Notes under the pieces: generated by a model
The model's input: only the letters and a program-made list of their open reading frames with translations
Told to the model about the DNA's origin: nothing
The model's database searches: none
Made by a program: the position numbers and the translations under genes
Part shown: in pieces, positions 51,922 through 60,921 of the stretch
Position numbering within the stretch: position 1 is the stretch's first letter
Layout: each line of letters begins with the position of its first letter
Origin: Gemmatimonadaceae bacterium
Lineage (GTDB): Bacteria > Gemmatimonadota > Gemmatimonadetes > Gemmatimonadales > Gemmatimonadaceae
NCBI GenBank assembly: GCA_033763905.1
Contig: JANRJP010000096.1
Location: forward strand, 9,986-73,985
Direction: 5' to 3'
DNA length: 64,000 nt

Positions 51922-52650
51922 ATGAATACGCAATATCCCTATGCCGTCGCCCGGCTCGAGGCCGCCGGCAAGGTCTACGGCACCGGAGACACCGAGGTCG
52001 TCGCCCTCACCCCAACCTCCGTCGACATCCGCGCCGGCGAGCTCGCGCTCATCCTCGGACCGTCGGGATCGGGCAAGACCACGCTTCTTTCCCTTCTGGG
52101 CTGCGTCATCTACCCAACGAGCGGTCGCGTGGCCGTCACCGGCACCGACGTCACCGCGCTCGACGGTCCCGCGCTCGCCGCACTGCGGCTCCGCTCGATC
52201 GGCTTCGTCTTCCAGCAGTTCAACCTCCTCGCCCCGTTGTCGGCCGAGGAGAACGTCATGCTCCCGCTGCAGCTGCTCGGCGTCGGCCTGCGGGAGCGGC
52301 GTGACCGCGCCCGCGCCGCGCTCGACGCCGTCGGCATGACGCCGCATCGCACCAAGCGGCCCGGCGGCATGTCTGGCGGCCAGCAGCAGAGCGTGCCGAT
52401 CGCCCGCGCACTCGTCACCGATCCGCCGCTCATTCTCTGCGACGAACCCACCGCCTCGCTCGACAGCGGGTCCGTCGGCCGCGTCATGCAGGAACTCACT
52501 GGCCTCGCCGCGCGCGGCAAAGCGGTGGTGGTCGTGACGCACGACCCGCGCCTCAACGGCTTTGCCAACCGCGTCATCACCGTCGCCAACGGCATCGCCA
52601 CCGAATCCCTCCCCACCGCCCACCACGAGAGCCTCGCCCATGTCGCGTAA
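51922..52650 (+). CDS. ABC exporter ATPase (LolD/DevA/MacB type)
   Basis: GPSGSGKTT, IGFVFQQFNL, MSGGQQQ, CDEPTASLD, VTHD. Confidence 0.9.
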   Translation: MNTQYPYAVARLEAAGKVYGTGDTEVVALTPTSVDIRAGELALILGPSGSGKTTLLSLLGCVIYPTSGRVAVTGTDVTALDGPALAALRLRSIGFVFQQFNLLAPLSAEENVMLPLQLLGVGLRERRDRARAALDAVGMTPHRTKRPGGMSGGQQQSVPIARALVTDPPLILCDEPTASLDSGSVGRVMQELTGLAARGKAVVVVTHDPRLNGFANRVITVANGIATESLPTAHHESLAHVA

Positions 52651-53656
52651 GTCCCTGCTCCTCCTCCTCGCCGGCGTCGCCGGCGCCGGCATCCTTGCCG
52701 TCCCCGCCTTCGGGCTGGCCGGCTACTTCGGCATGGCGCCCGACTCGCTCCCCCCCGCACGGGGCGACGATGCAGTCGCGGCGACCGGCGCCGGCCTCCC
52801 CGCCCCCGCGCGTCTCGTCGGACTCGGCCGCATCGAATCCGGCCGCGGACTCGTGATGGTCGCGAGCCCCGTCACCGGCGTCGTCGCCGAGGTTCCCGTC
52901 GAGGCGGGCGATCTCGTCCGCGCCGGCGACCGCCTCGTGCGTCTCACCGACGAGGCCGAGGCGCGAGAACTCGACGTTGCCGCCCGACGCGCCGCCGCCC
53001 AAGTGGCGCAGGTGTCGTCCGCCACCGCCGCAGTAGGCCGTGCCCGCGCCCGGCTCGCCCTCGCCGAGATCACCGCGGCGCGCACCCGCCAGCTCCGCAC
53101 CACCGGCGCCGCCACCGACGAACAGGCCCTCGCCGACGACAACGCCCTCACCGTCGCCCGGCAGGAGCTGGCCGAGGCCGACGCCGCACTCACCGGCGCG
53201 CGCGAACGGGCCGCCGAGCAGGCCGCCGAGCGCGCCGTGCGCGCCACACGCCTGGCCGAACGCACCATCCGCGCCCCGATGGCGGCGCGCGTCCTGCGCG
53301 TCGAGGTGCTCCCCGGCGCGTCGGTGAGCGCCACCGGCGCCGTCGCCGAACTCGCCCCCGTGGGTCCGCGCGTGGCCCGCTGCGAGATCGACGAACTCTT
53401 CGCCGACGCCGTGCGCGTCGGCGCCACCGGCCGCATCCGCGCGCCCGGCACCGACACGCCGATCGCCACCGGCGTCGTGCGCTTCGCCGCGCCGGCGCTC
53501 TCGCGCAAGTCGCTCTTCGCCGGCGTCTCCGGCGAGCCCGAAGATCGTCGCGTGCGCGAGGTGCGGCTCGAGCTCGCCGACGCCGCCACCGTGCCGTTCA
53601 ATGCCCGCGTCGAGTGCGTCCTCGACCCGGCGCCCTCCACCACCGCGAGGCGCTGA
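52640..53656 (+). CDS. HlyD-family membrane fusion protein
   Basis: N-terminal TM, SPVTGVV...VEAGDLV lipoyl half, helical hairpin, IRAP. Confidence 0.88.
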   Translation: MSRKSLLLLLAGVAGAGILAVPAFGLAGYFGMAPDSLPPARGDDAVAATGAGLPAPARLVGLGRIESGRGLVMVASPVTGVVAEVPVEAGDLVRAGDRLVRLTDEAEARELDVAARRAAAQVAQVSSATAAVGRARARLALAEITAARTRQLRTTGAATDEQALADDNALTVARQELAEADAALTGARERAAEQAAERAVRATRLAERTIRAPMAARVLRVEVLPGASVSATGAVAELAPVGPRVARCEIDELFADAVRVGATGRIRAPGTDTPIATGVVRFAAPALSRKSLFAGVSGEPEDRRVREVRLELADAATVPFNARVECVLDPAPSTTARR

Positions 53657-53659
53657 CCG

Positions 53660-54778
53660 ATGCTCCGTCTCGCCTGGCAGTTCCTGCGGCACGACCGCGC
53701 CAAGAGTCTCGGCGCGCTGCTCGGGTCCGTCGTCTCGGTGTTCCTGATCGGCCAGCAGCTCGGCATCGCGACCTTCCTCACCGACGCGATGGTCGCGCCG
53801 GTGCGCCTCACCACCGCCGACCTCTGGGTCGTCGATGCGAAGAGCGAGGACGTCAACGCCCTGGGCGTCCTCGACGCCCGCGTCCTGCGACAGGTCGCGT
53901 CGACGCCCGGCGTCGCCCGCGCGGTGCCGGTCGTCCTCGCCGGCGCCAGCGCCCGCTTCGGCAACGGCGTGCAGGCCGGCATCACCCTGCTCGGCGCCGA
54001 AGCGCCGACCTTCCGCGGGCTGCCGCCGCTCGAGTCGGGGGTCGCCACCGACCTCCTGCGCGACGGCGCGCTGGGCTTCGACCGCTTCGACTCGCCGTCG
54101 TACGGCGGGGCCGAGATCGGCACCACGCTCGAGATCAACGGCCAGGCCGCGTTCCTCGCCGTGCGCTCGGCGGGGCTGCGCACCTTCACGCAGCCCATCC
54201 TCTTCGGTCCCATCGAGCGCGTGCGCCGGCTCGCCGGCCTGCCGGCCACGGCGGTGCACGCGGTGCTCGTCGATCTCGCGCCGGGCGCGACCCGTGAGGC
54301 CGTCGCCGCGCGGCTCGACGCCACCATCAACGGCACGCGCGCCTGGGCGCCGCAGGCGCTCGCCCGCGCCACGCAGGGCAAGCTGCTCGCCACCACCGGC
54401 ATCGCGGCGTCGATCGGCACGCTGATCGGCTTCGCCATTCTCGTCGGCTTCGTCATCATCGGCCTCACGCTCTACTCGGCCGTGGTGGATCGCCTGCGCG
54501 ACTACGGCACGATGAAGGCGATCGGCGCGCGCGACGGCGACGTCACCCGCGTCGTGCTCCTGCAGGCCGCGCTCGTCGCCCTGGTCGGCGGGGCGGTCGG
54601 CAGCCTGTTGATCCTCGGTTTCCGCGCCGGCGTGGCGCAGACCGGCCTGCTCTTCTCGTTCGGCGCCTCCACGTGGAGCGCGCTCATCCTCGGCACCGTC
54701 GCCATCGCCGGCGCGGGTGCCGCCTTCGCCATCCGCCGCCTGCGCGCCGTCGAGCCCGCGGCGGTCTTCCGGAGCTGA
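53660..54778 (+). CDS. FtsX/DevC-like ABC permease
   Basis: ADLWV, LYSAVVDRLRDYGTMKAIGA, EPAAVFR. Confidence 0.88.
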   Translation: MLRLAWQFLRHDRAKSLGALLGSVVSVFLIGQQLGIATFLTDAMVAPVRLTTADLWVVDAKSEDVNALGVLDARVLRQVASTPGVARAVPVVLAGASARFGNGVQAGITLLGAEAPTFRGLPPLESGVATDLLRDGALGFDRFDSPSYGGAEIGTTLEINGQAAFLAVRSAGLRTFTQPILFGPIERVRRLAGLPATAVHAVLVDLAPGATREAVAARLDATINGTRAWAPQALARATQGKLLATTGIAASIGTLIGFAILVGFVIIGLTLYSAVVDRLRDYGTMKAIGARDGDVTRVVLLQAALVALVGGAVGSLLILGFRAGVAQTGLLFSFGASTWSALILGTVAIAGAGAAFAIRRLRAVEPAAVFRS

Positions 54779-54780
54779 TC

Positions 54781-56184
54781 ATGCGACGTTGCTTGCTGCT
54801 GGCGGGTTTCCTGCCGGCTTTCCTTCCGATGGGTCGCACGGTGGCGGCCCAGACCGGCCCGGCGCCGGCCCGGCTGACGCTCGACGACGCCGTGCGGCTC
54901 GCCCTGCGCCAGAACCCCACCGTGCGCGCCGAGCTGGCGCGGCGCGACGAGACCGACGCACTCGTGCGGGCCGCCTGGGCCAACCGCGGCCCGGTGATCG
55001 AGAACGCCCTGGTGGTGCAGGGCAATCCGAACCGGCCGGCGGCCGTGCTCCCCGGTGCCCTGTTCGGCCCGGGCAGCGGGCCGCAGGTCGTGCGGCTCGG
55101 CTCCACATACGAATCCAACGCGACGACCTCGCTCCGCCTGCCGCTGTTCGACCCAGCGCGCAGCGCCGCCGTCACCGTCGCGCGCGCCGACCGCACCGAG
55201 GCCGAGGTCGCCCTCGCCCGCGTCCGCGACGAAGTCGGGGCCCGCACGCGTGATGCCTACGTGGCACTCGTCGAAGCGCGCGCGCAGCGCCGAGCCGCCG
55301 AGGCCACCGCGACGTGGCGCGCGCTCGAGGCCACCAACCGCCGCGCACTGGCGACATCGGGACGAGCCAATACCGCTGACCGCGATGCGGCCGCGCTCGA
55401 GGCCGACGACGCGAGACTCGCCGCCGATCAGGCGCGTCTCGCCGAGCGCGCGGCGCGGGCCCGGCTTGCCGCCGTGCTCGGCCTCGTGCTCGAACGCGAG
55501 GACGGTGAGGAACGGCTCGAGCCCGCCGATGACATCACGACGCTCGTCGCCCAGGTGATGACCGACACGCTCCCGCCCCCCGAGCAGCCCTCGCTCGCCG
55601 TCCGCGAGGCCGAGGCGGCCGAGGCGGCCGCGCGCACGCGCATCGCCGTCGAGCGGCGTGGCGCATGGCCGACGCTGTCGTTCGTCGCGGCATCGTCGTG
55701 GCTGGGTTTCGCCGACGCGTTCAACGACCTGGCGACGTCGCGCGCCCAGTTCCAGCGCACGTCCATCGGCGTCGAGCTCACGTGGGCGCGCTCGGACTTC
55801 GGCGCGCGCAGCGCCCGCGTGCGCGCCCTCGATGCGGCGTATCGCCGGACGGCGGCGCGCCGCGAGGAGGCCGAAGTGGAGGCCGCCGCTGCCCGTGCCG
55901 TGGCGTGGGCCGATCGGGCCGCGGCGCTCGTGCAGGTGCGCCTCGCCGAACGCACGCGGACCCTGGCGCGTGAACGCGTCGTCCTCTTGCAGGCCTCGAA
56001 CGACGCCGGCCGAGCGATCGGCGCTAACGTCGCCCGCGAGACCGCGCGCGTCGCCGAGGCCGAGGCGGCCGTTGCGCGGGCGATGCGGACGTTCCTGCAG
56101 CGCGACACCGACGCGCGGCGGTTGAGCGGCGCGTCGGTGCTTCGCACGGGGACGACGGCGGTGGCGATGGAGGGCACCCGCTGA
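54781..56184 (+). CDS. TolC-family outer-membrane efflux protein
   Basis: LTLDDAVRLALRQNP, LPLFD, WPTLS; position in the operon. Confidence 0.82.
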   Translation: MRRCLLLAGFLPAFLPMGRTVAAQTGPAPARLTLDDAVRLALRQNPTVRAELARRDETDALVRAAWANRGPVIENALVVQGNPNRPAAVLPGALFGPGSGPQVVRLGSTYESNATTSLRLPLFDPARSAAVTVARADRTEAEVALARVRDEVGARTRDAYVALVEARAQRRAAEATATWRALEATNRRALATSGRANTADRDAAALEADDARLAADQARLAERAARARLAAVLGLVLEREDGEERLEPADDITTLVAQVMTDTLPPPEQPSLAVREAEAAEAAARTRIAVERRGAWPTLSFVAASSWLGFADAFNDLATSRAQFQRTSIGVELTWARSDFGARSARVRALDAAYRRTAARREEAEVEAAAARAVAWADRAAALVQVRLAERTRTLARERVVLLQASNDAGRAIGANVARETARVAEAEAAVARAMRTFLQRDTDARRLSGASVLRTGTTAVAMEGTR

Positions 56185-56720
56185 TGCGCACGCCGTCTCT
56201 GCTCCCCCCAGCGATCCGGCGGCGCGCGACGCCTGTCACACTGATGTTGATTCTCGCGTTCGCTGCATCGCCGGTCCTGCCCGCCCAGGCGCCCACCGCC
56301 CTGCCGACCGCCACACTCGAAGATCAGTTCGGTCGTGCCACCGACCTCACGGCCCTGCGGGGTACGCCGGTGGTAGTCTTCGCCGCCGATCGCGATGGCT
56401 TCGATGCTCTGGCCAAGTGGGTCGCGCGCGTGCGAACGCTGGCGCCAGCCACCGTGCAGGTGCTCTCGCTCGCCGACCTGCGTTCGGCGCCACGGCTGTT
56501 GCGCGGTGTCATTCGCGGCGGCATGCCGCGTGACACGACCCGCCGGGTCCTGCTCGACTGGGGCGGGGCGCTCGCTCGGCCCGTGCGTGGCGAGAAGCAA
56601 CCGCTCGTCGCCGCCGTCTATGACGCGCGCGGCATGCTCGTCACCACGACGCCGCTCGGCCTCACCGGGCCCGACGACGCCACCGTGAGCGCGCTCCTCA
56701 AGGCGACGGAGGGACGGTGA
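56184..56720 (+). CDS. Secreted thioredoxin-like-fold protein without Cys
   Basis: Signal peptide, LEDQFGR...LRGTPVVVF, VLLDWGG, VYDARG; 1-nt overlap with the TolC gene. Confidence 0.65.
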   Translation: MRTPSLLPPAIRRRATPVTLMLILAFAASPVLPAQAPTALPTATLEDQFGRATDLTALRGTPVVVFAADRDGFDALAKWVARVRTLAPATVQVLSLADLRSAPRLLRGVIRGGMPRDTTRRVLLDWGGALARPVRGEKQPLVAAVYDARGMLVTTTPLGLTGPDDATVSALLKATEGR

Positions 56721-57160
56721 TCTCCTTCATCGCGGCTGACACAAGAGGCGCGCTCATGCCTGGCCCAGGCAAGCACCTGCTCCTGCTTGCGTTTGAGGAC
56801 GCACAGTGTGATGCCGTCCGGGATTGGGCGCGGGCGACGGCCCCGATGCGGGAGGCCGAGGCGCTCCCTATGTGGGACGCCTTAGTGCTCGCGCGCGTGC
56901 TGGAAGCCGGGGGACAGGAGGTTGCACGGACCGTTCCCCGTTCACCAGCCGGTGACCCGCTCGTCACTTTCGTGGGCTTCGCGGCACTGCCTTCTGTCGC
57001 CCGCAGGTTGGGCCTCGACAACCTCTCGGAGGTGGTCGTCGCGCTGGTGGTCGATGGGCAGGTGAGATGGGCCGGCAGAGGCGAGGTGACCAGCGGTCGA
57101 TTGCAGGCGCTGCAGCGAGCCGTACTTCGTACGTCAGTACTTGGAGCTGGCGCCGCGTGA
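56717..57160 (+). CDS. Thioredoxin-like (ATP10-like) hypothetical protein
   Basis: LLLLAF...VRDW, LGLDN...VALVVDGQVRWAGRG; GTGA overlap with the previous gene. Confidence 0.55.
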   Translation: MISFIAADTRGALMPGPGKHLLLLAFEDAQCDAVRDWARATAPMREAEALPMWDALVLARVLEAGGQEVARTVPRSPAGDPLVTFVGFAALPSVARRLGLDNLSEVVVALVVDGQVRWAGRGEVTSGRLQALQRAVLRTSVLGAGAA

Positions 57161-57279
57161 ACTCTGCGGAGCGGTCGCGTAAAGCTCGTCCCGGGCGCTC
57201 ACGCGCGCCTCGTACACCTGATGTCTTGGGTGGGCCGTTGCCGAGGACCGGACGACCTGCGCAGCACCGTCGTCGGCTG

Positions 57280-57882
57280 TCAGTTCGCGTCGGTCGTGCG
57301 CCGCCTCGCGCGCGGAACGTGTTGACGATCCTGCTGGCGGCGGTGCTGCTCGCGCTTTCGGGCTGGCGGTTGCTCCCCGAGTCCGTCCGACGCGGGTTCC
57401 TCGACGGCGTCCTCGGTCAATGACGGCCATCCGCCCGCGAGGGCTTCCAGCGCTGGCGCGAGGCGCGTTAGCGCCTTGCGCAACTGCGCGAGCGTCGCCA
57501 CCCCGACCCGCTCCGCTAGCGCTGCTTCCACGGCGTCTAGCGACGCGCGTCCCTGCCGTACGGCCCGATGGCCGGCCTCCGTCAGTGCCACCATCGTCGC
57601 GCGCCCATCGTTCGGGTCAGGATGGTACGTCACCAGCTTGCGCGTGCGGCAGGCCCGCAGGGCCTGCCCCACCGCCTGCTTCGACACGTCGGCTTTCATG
57701 GCAAGTGTCGAGAGGCGGACCGGACCCTGCTCAAGGGCCGGAAGTAGCCGCATCAGGGCGGGACGGGCGATCCGGCTTCCGAGCTGGCGGTTGATGTGCG
57801 CTTGAGCGAGTTCGTCCCACCCACGGGAAACGGCGAAGAGCATTCGGGCCAGCGTGGCGTCGGCGTCGCGAGATCGGGGCAT
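57280..57882 (-). CDS. MarR-family regulator
   Basis: LSTLAMKADVSKQAV...DPNDGRATMVALTEAG; start at ATG 57882; C-terminal tail atypically long. Confidence 0.82.
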   Translation of the reverse strand: MPRSRDADATLARMLFAVSRGWDELAQAHINRQLGSRIARPALMRLLPALEQGPVRLSTLAMKADVSKQAVGQALRACRTRKLVTYHPDPNDGRATMVALTEAGHRAVRQGRASLDAVEAALAERVGVATLAQLRKALTRLAPALEALAGGWPSLTEDAVEEPASDGLGEQPPARKREQHRRQQDRQHVPRARRRTTDAN

Positions 57883-57912
57883 GTGCGGAGAATGCGAACG
57901 GACGCGGCTTTG

Positions 57913-57948
57913 GTCAAGCGTATTGACGACATAGTCAATGGCCTTTAC
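57913..57948. promoter_or_regulatory. Tandem palindromic operator (putative MarR sites)
   Basis: GTCAA-N5-TTGAC and GTCAA-N5-TTTAC, 21 bp apart, between the divergent marR and hydrolase genes. Confidence 0.65.
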
Positions 57949-57956
57949 TATTTGGC

Positions 57957-58862
57957 ATGCTTCTCCCGCCCCCTTGGCTTGACCGCACCGCGTGGCCCTT
58001 TGCCCCGCAGGTCCACCCCCACCCTGACGGCGACCTGCACTACGTGGATGAGGGACGCGGTCCCATCGTGGTGCTCGTCCACGGAACGCCAACGTGGAGT
58101 TTCGAGTGGCGACACGTGATCCGCCGCCTGGCCTCGCGCTATCGCGTGCTCGCCCCAGATCACCTGGGATTCGGGTGCTCGGATCGTCCGGCGGGGGCGC
58201 GGTACCGACCGGAGGACCACGCCGAGCGATTTCGGCACTGGTTCGACGCTGTCGTCGGGCGCGAGGCCTGCGCGTTCGTCGTCCACGATTTCGGCGGACC
58301 CATCGCTTGGCCGACGATCTTGGACAATCGCAACGCCGTGAAATCGCTCGTCGTCCTGAACAGCTGGTGCTGGGACATGATGGAGCAGCCCGCACTCCGT
58401 CGCCAAGCGCGCCTGCTCCAGGGGGCTTTCGGCCGCTGGATGTACCGGAGACTGAATGTGTCGCAGCGCATCTTGATGCCGTCCGGCTACGGCGACCGAC
58501 GACATCTCACGCCCGAGGTTCACCGACAGTATCTCGCCGTCTTTCCGGATGCCGAAGGCCGCGAGCAGGTTCTCTACGCGCTCGCGCAATCGCTGGTGCA
58601 GTCCACCGCGTTCTTCAGCGGGCTCTGGCACCGGCGCGACGAACTCCGTGATGTACCGCTGCACCTGATCTGGGGCCTGAAGGACGGCATCCTGCCTGCT
58701 TCGCTTCTGGCACGGTGGCGCGGCGGCTTTCCGCACGCCGTGGTCCACGAACTACCTGCAGCGGGTCATTGGCCGCACGAGGAAGCGCCCGACGACGTTA
58801 GCCGCACATTGCTCGACGTGCTCGCCAGGTCGCATCCGGCGTCAGCCGCGTCCGTTCCCTGA
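57957..58862 (+). CDS. Alpha/beta hydrolase, haloalkane-dehalogenase/OleB-like
   Basis: HYVDEG, HGTPTWSF, PDHLGFG, HDFGGP (Asp nucleophile), WGLKD, GHWPHEE. Confidence 0.88.
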   Translation: MLLPPPWLDRTAWPFAPQVHPHPDGDLHYVDEGRGPIVVLVHGTPTWSFEWRHVIRRLASRYRVLAPDHLGFGCSDRPAGARYRPEDHAERFRHWFDAVVGREACAFVVHDFGGPIAWPTILDNRNAVKSLVVLNSWCWDMMEQPALRRQARLLQGAFGRWMYRRLNVSQRILMPSGYGDRRHLTPEVHRQYLAVFPDAEGREQVLYALAQSLVQSTAFFSGLWHRRDELRDVPLHLIWGLKDGILPASLLARWRGGFPHAVVHELPAAGHWPHEEAPDDVSRTLLDVLARSHPASAASVP

Positions 58863-59044
58863 ACAGCGAAGGAAGCGGGCTCACTCGATGAGCGGCGGGT
58901 CGTGCATGTGCGGCACCCAGCGGCGTGAGGCCCGGCGCTTTCTCCACCGCAGACGCGAGACCAGTGGTCGGCGCTCAATAGCGTAGCGATACCCAGCACG
59001 GCGCAATGGTCTGTGACAAGGGCTCACAAGAGTGCCTTAGGGCG

Positions 59045-59180
59045 GTGCCGGTGAGCTCGCGCTCACCCTCAGGCCGTCGGGACCCGGCAAGACTACGGTA
59101 TTCCTCTGCTGGGCTGCGTCATTTACCCCACTAGCGGGCGCGCGGATGTTACCGGCACCCGCGTAACCGCGCTCGACGGC
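59045..59180 (+). pseudogene. Degenerate fragment of an ABC ATPase gene, homologous to 52031-52167
   Basis: Aligns by eye over the Walker A region with many substitutions and a net 1-nt deletion. Confidence 0.85.
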
Positions 59181-59537
59181 CTGACCGCAACACGCCTCTG
59201 CCCATCACACGCCTCTCGGTCACCGCGGGCAGTTGTGCCGCCGACACACGCCTGATGCTGTCGCCTTAGCGCGCCCGAGCGGCCCGCTCGTTTCGCGAAG
59301 CTCCGTTGGCGGTCGCGCGTCCCTGGTCGGGCGCATGCTCAGACACGCCAACGACCACGACGGTCATTAAATAGCTTGCAATGTCTATATTATCTAAACT
59401 CGATTCCTGAATTGTATCATTTGTATGGCAATCGATTTGTATCGTTTGTGCTGTACTATATTCTTAGAGCACTCGTTGTGACCGCCGCCTGCTCTTCACT
59501 CCTCCGCATCACCGATCCAACGACAAGGTGAATTCGC

Positions 59538-59984
59538 ATGATCGTTCAAGAACGCTCCCGGGTGATCCCTGTGGCCGCGGATATCGTCTGGGACAGAGTT
59601 GCCGACGTTGCGCGATGGCCGGCGTGGTATCCGGCCATCTCTGAAGTTGCTGTCGCAGGGCCATTGGGTCCGGACCAGCAATTCTCGTATTCCAAGGAGC
59701 GGACCCGAATCGAAGCTCGGGTCGTTCGACTGTGTCGTCCGGGTGAGTTCGAGTTCATCGGACGCGCGTGGGGTGTCGAAGGACGCAATCGCTGGGCGAT
59801 CACCGCATTGGCGAATGGCGAGACCAAGGTCACCGTTGAGGAGCGTATGACCGGGCTTCTAGCGCGGATCCTTCGGCGACAGTTCACGGCGGGCCTCGGC
59901 CGTGGTCTCGACGACTGGCTCGACGCACTCGCCTCATCTTTTTCCCGGCACGAGGACCGAAACGCTACAGGAGAGAGCCGGTGA
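59538..59984 (+). CDS. SRPBCC/polyketide cyclase family protein
   Basis: VWDRVADVARWPAWYP, TKVTVEERMTG, LDDWLDAL. Confidence 0.82.
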   Translation: MIVQERSRVIPVAADIVWDRVADVARWPAWYPAISEVAVAGPLGPDQQFSYSKERTRIEARVVRLCRPGEFEFIGRAWGVEGRNRWAITALANGETKVTVEERMTGLLARILRRQFTAGLGRGLDDWLDALASSFSRHEDRNATGESR

Positions 59985-60496
59985 ACGGGCCGCCACTCGC
60001 GCCCAACGGCCCCGTCGGGGCCGTGTTGCCCGAAATAGAGGGTACGTCACTCGAAGGGCGACAGGTGACGGTGCCGCACTCACTGGATGGAATGTGGCGC
60101 TTCCTCCTCTGGGGATTCACCCCAAGGCAGCAACCGATTCTCGACGCGTGGCTGGCCGTCGTGTCGCGCTGGTGTTCTCAGGAACGACGTGTGACGGCGT
60201 GGGAGCTGCCCGTCGTCGATGTTGCCTCTGCTTGGGAACGGACGATAGTGGAACACGCGATGCGCAGCGTCATTCGCGCACCCGAAGCCAGGGCCAGGAC
60301 GATTTCGATCTACCGACCCGTCCGCGATGTGTTGCGTTGCCTCGGGATGGATCGCCCCGAGGTGACCGTCTTGCTCGTCGACACGTTGGGCGTCATCCAC
60401 TTTCGCGCGATTGGAAAGCCGGACCAAACCGCTGCGCTTGCTGCGCGGTCGGTTCTCGATAAGCTGCTCGCGCGGGTCGACGCCCGAGCCCATTGA
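59981..60496 (+). CDS. Thioredoxin-like (ATP10-like) hypothetical protein
   Basis: LPEIEGTSLEG...P..L.G, GFTPRQQPILDAW, LLVDTLGVIHF; no CxxC. Confidence 0.62.
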   Translation: MNGPPLAPNGPVGAVLPEIEGTSLEGRQVTVPHSLDGMWRFLLWGFTPRQQPILDAWLAVVSRWCSQERRVTAWELPVVDVASAWERTIVEHAMRSVIRAPEARARTISIYRPVRDVLRCLGMDRPEVTVLLVDTLGVIHFRAIGKPDQTAALAARSVLDKLLARVDARAH

Positions 60497-60653
60497 CGTC
60501 TGCCTTCTCCCAAGAGGTAAGGGTCGTCATGGTAGAGCCTTGGAAACTCTCGCTAAGGAGGCCCTGCGCACGTGCGCATGGTGCACGTGCAGCCGCCATC
60601 ACGCCTTGCCTTCGTCCAACGACGGCGCCATCCCGACCCAGGCCCTCATTCAG

Positions 60654-60677
60654 GAAAGTGCCCCCGAAGGTGCCCCA
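60654..60677 (+). repeat. 12-bp tandem repeat, putative arm site (right end of unit 1)
   Basis: GAAAGTGCCCCC GAAGGTGCCCCA. Confidence 0.7.
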
Positions 60678-60717
60678 GGGTGGCGCGAAAGCCTAACGCG
60701 CACGCGAGAAAAGAAAC

Positions 60718-60750
60718 GGCGCAACTCGCTGACCTACAGCGAGTTGCGCC
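60718..60750 (-). terminator. Hairpin/terminator copy 2
   Basis: Perfect 14-bp stem GGCGCAACTCGCTG-ACCTA-CAGCGAGTTGCGCC with a T-rich run on the minus strand. Confidence 0.7.
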
Positions 60751-60754
60751 TTCA

Positions 60755-60798
60755 TCGGGACGGCGGGATTCGAACCCGCGACCCCCTGAACCCCATTC
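60755..60798 (-). repeat. att core: 44-bp exact copy of tRNA-Pro 3' end
   Basis: Identical to 63861-63904. Confidence 0.95.
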
Positions 60799-60897
60799 GG
60801 ATGAGGCGTGGCGCCGACTCGCTCACGGCGTTGCTCTGATTGCACTTGGCGTTGTGCAACTGGCGCTTCAACGCCGACAGTTTGCGTCATTTTCGCC

Positions 60898-60921
60898 GAA
60901 AGTGCCCCCGAAAGTGCCCCA
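60898..60921 (+). repeat. 12-bp tandem repeat, putative arm site (left end of unit 2)
   Basis: GAAAGTGCCCCC GAAAGTGCCCCA; 60898-60923 matches 60654-60679 at 25 of 26 positions. Confidence 0.7.

Larger units (their letters stand above)
49369..60754. mobile_element. Integrated unit 1 (11,386 bp), no integrase recognised
   Basis: Bounded by tRNA-Pro 3' direct repeats; arm-like tandem repeats near both ends; patches of lower GC and pseudogenes. Confidence 0.85.

Noticed and set aside
60497..60653. Possible integrase C-terminal remnant beside the arm repeats (peptide VHVQPPSRLAFVQ)
   Set aside because: No HxxR, LGH or catalytic Tyr motif visible; resemblance too weak.
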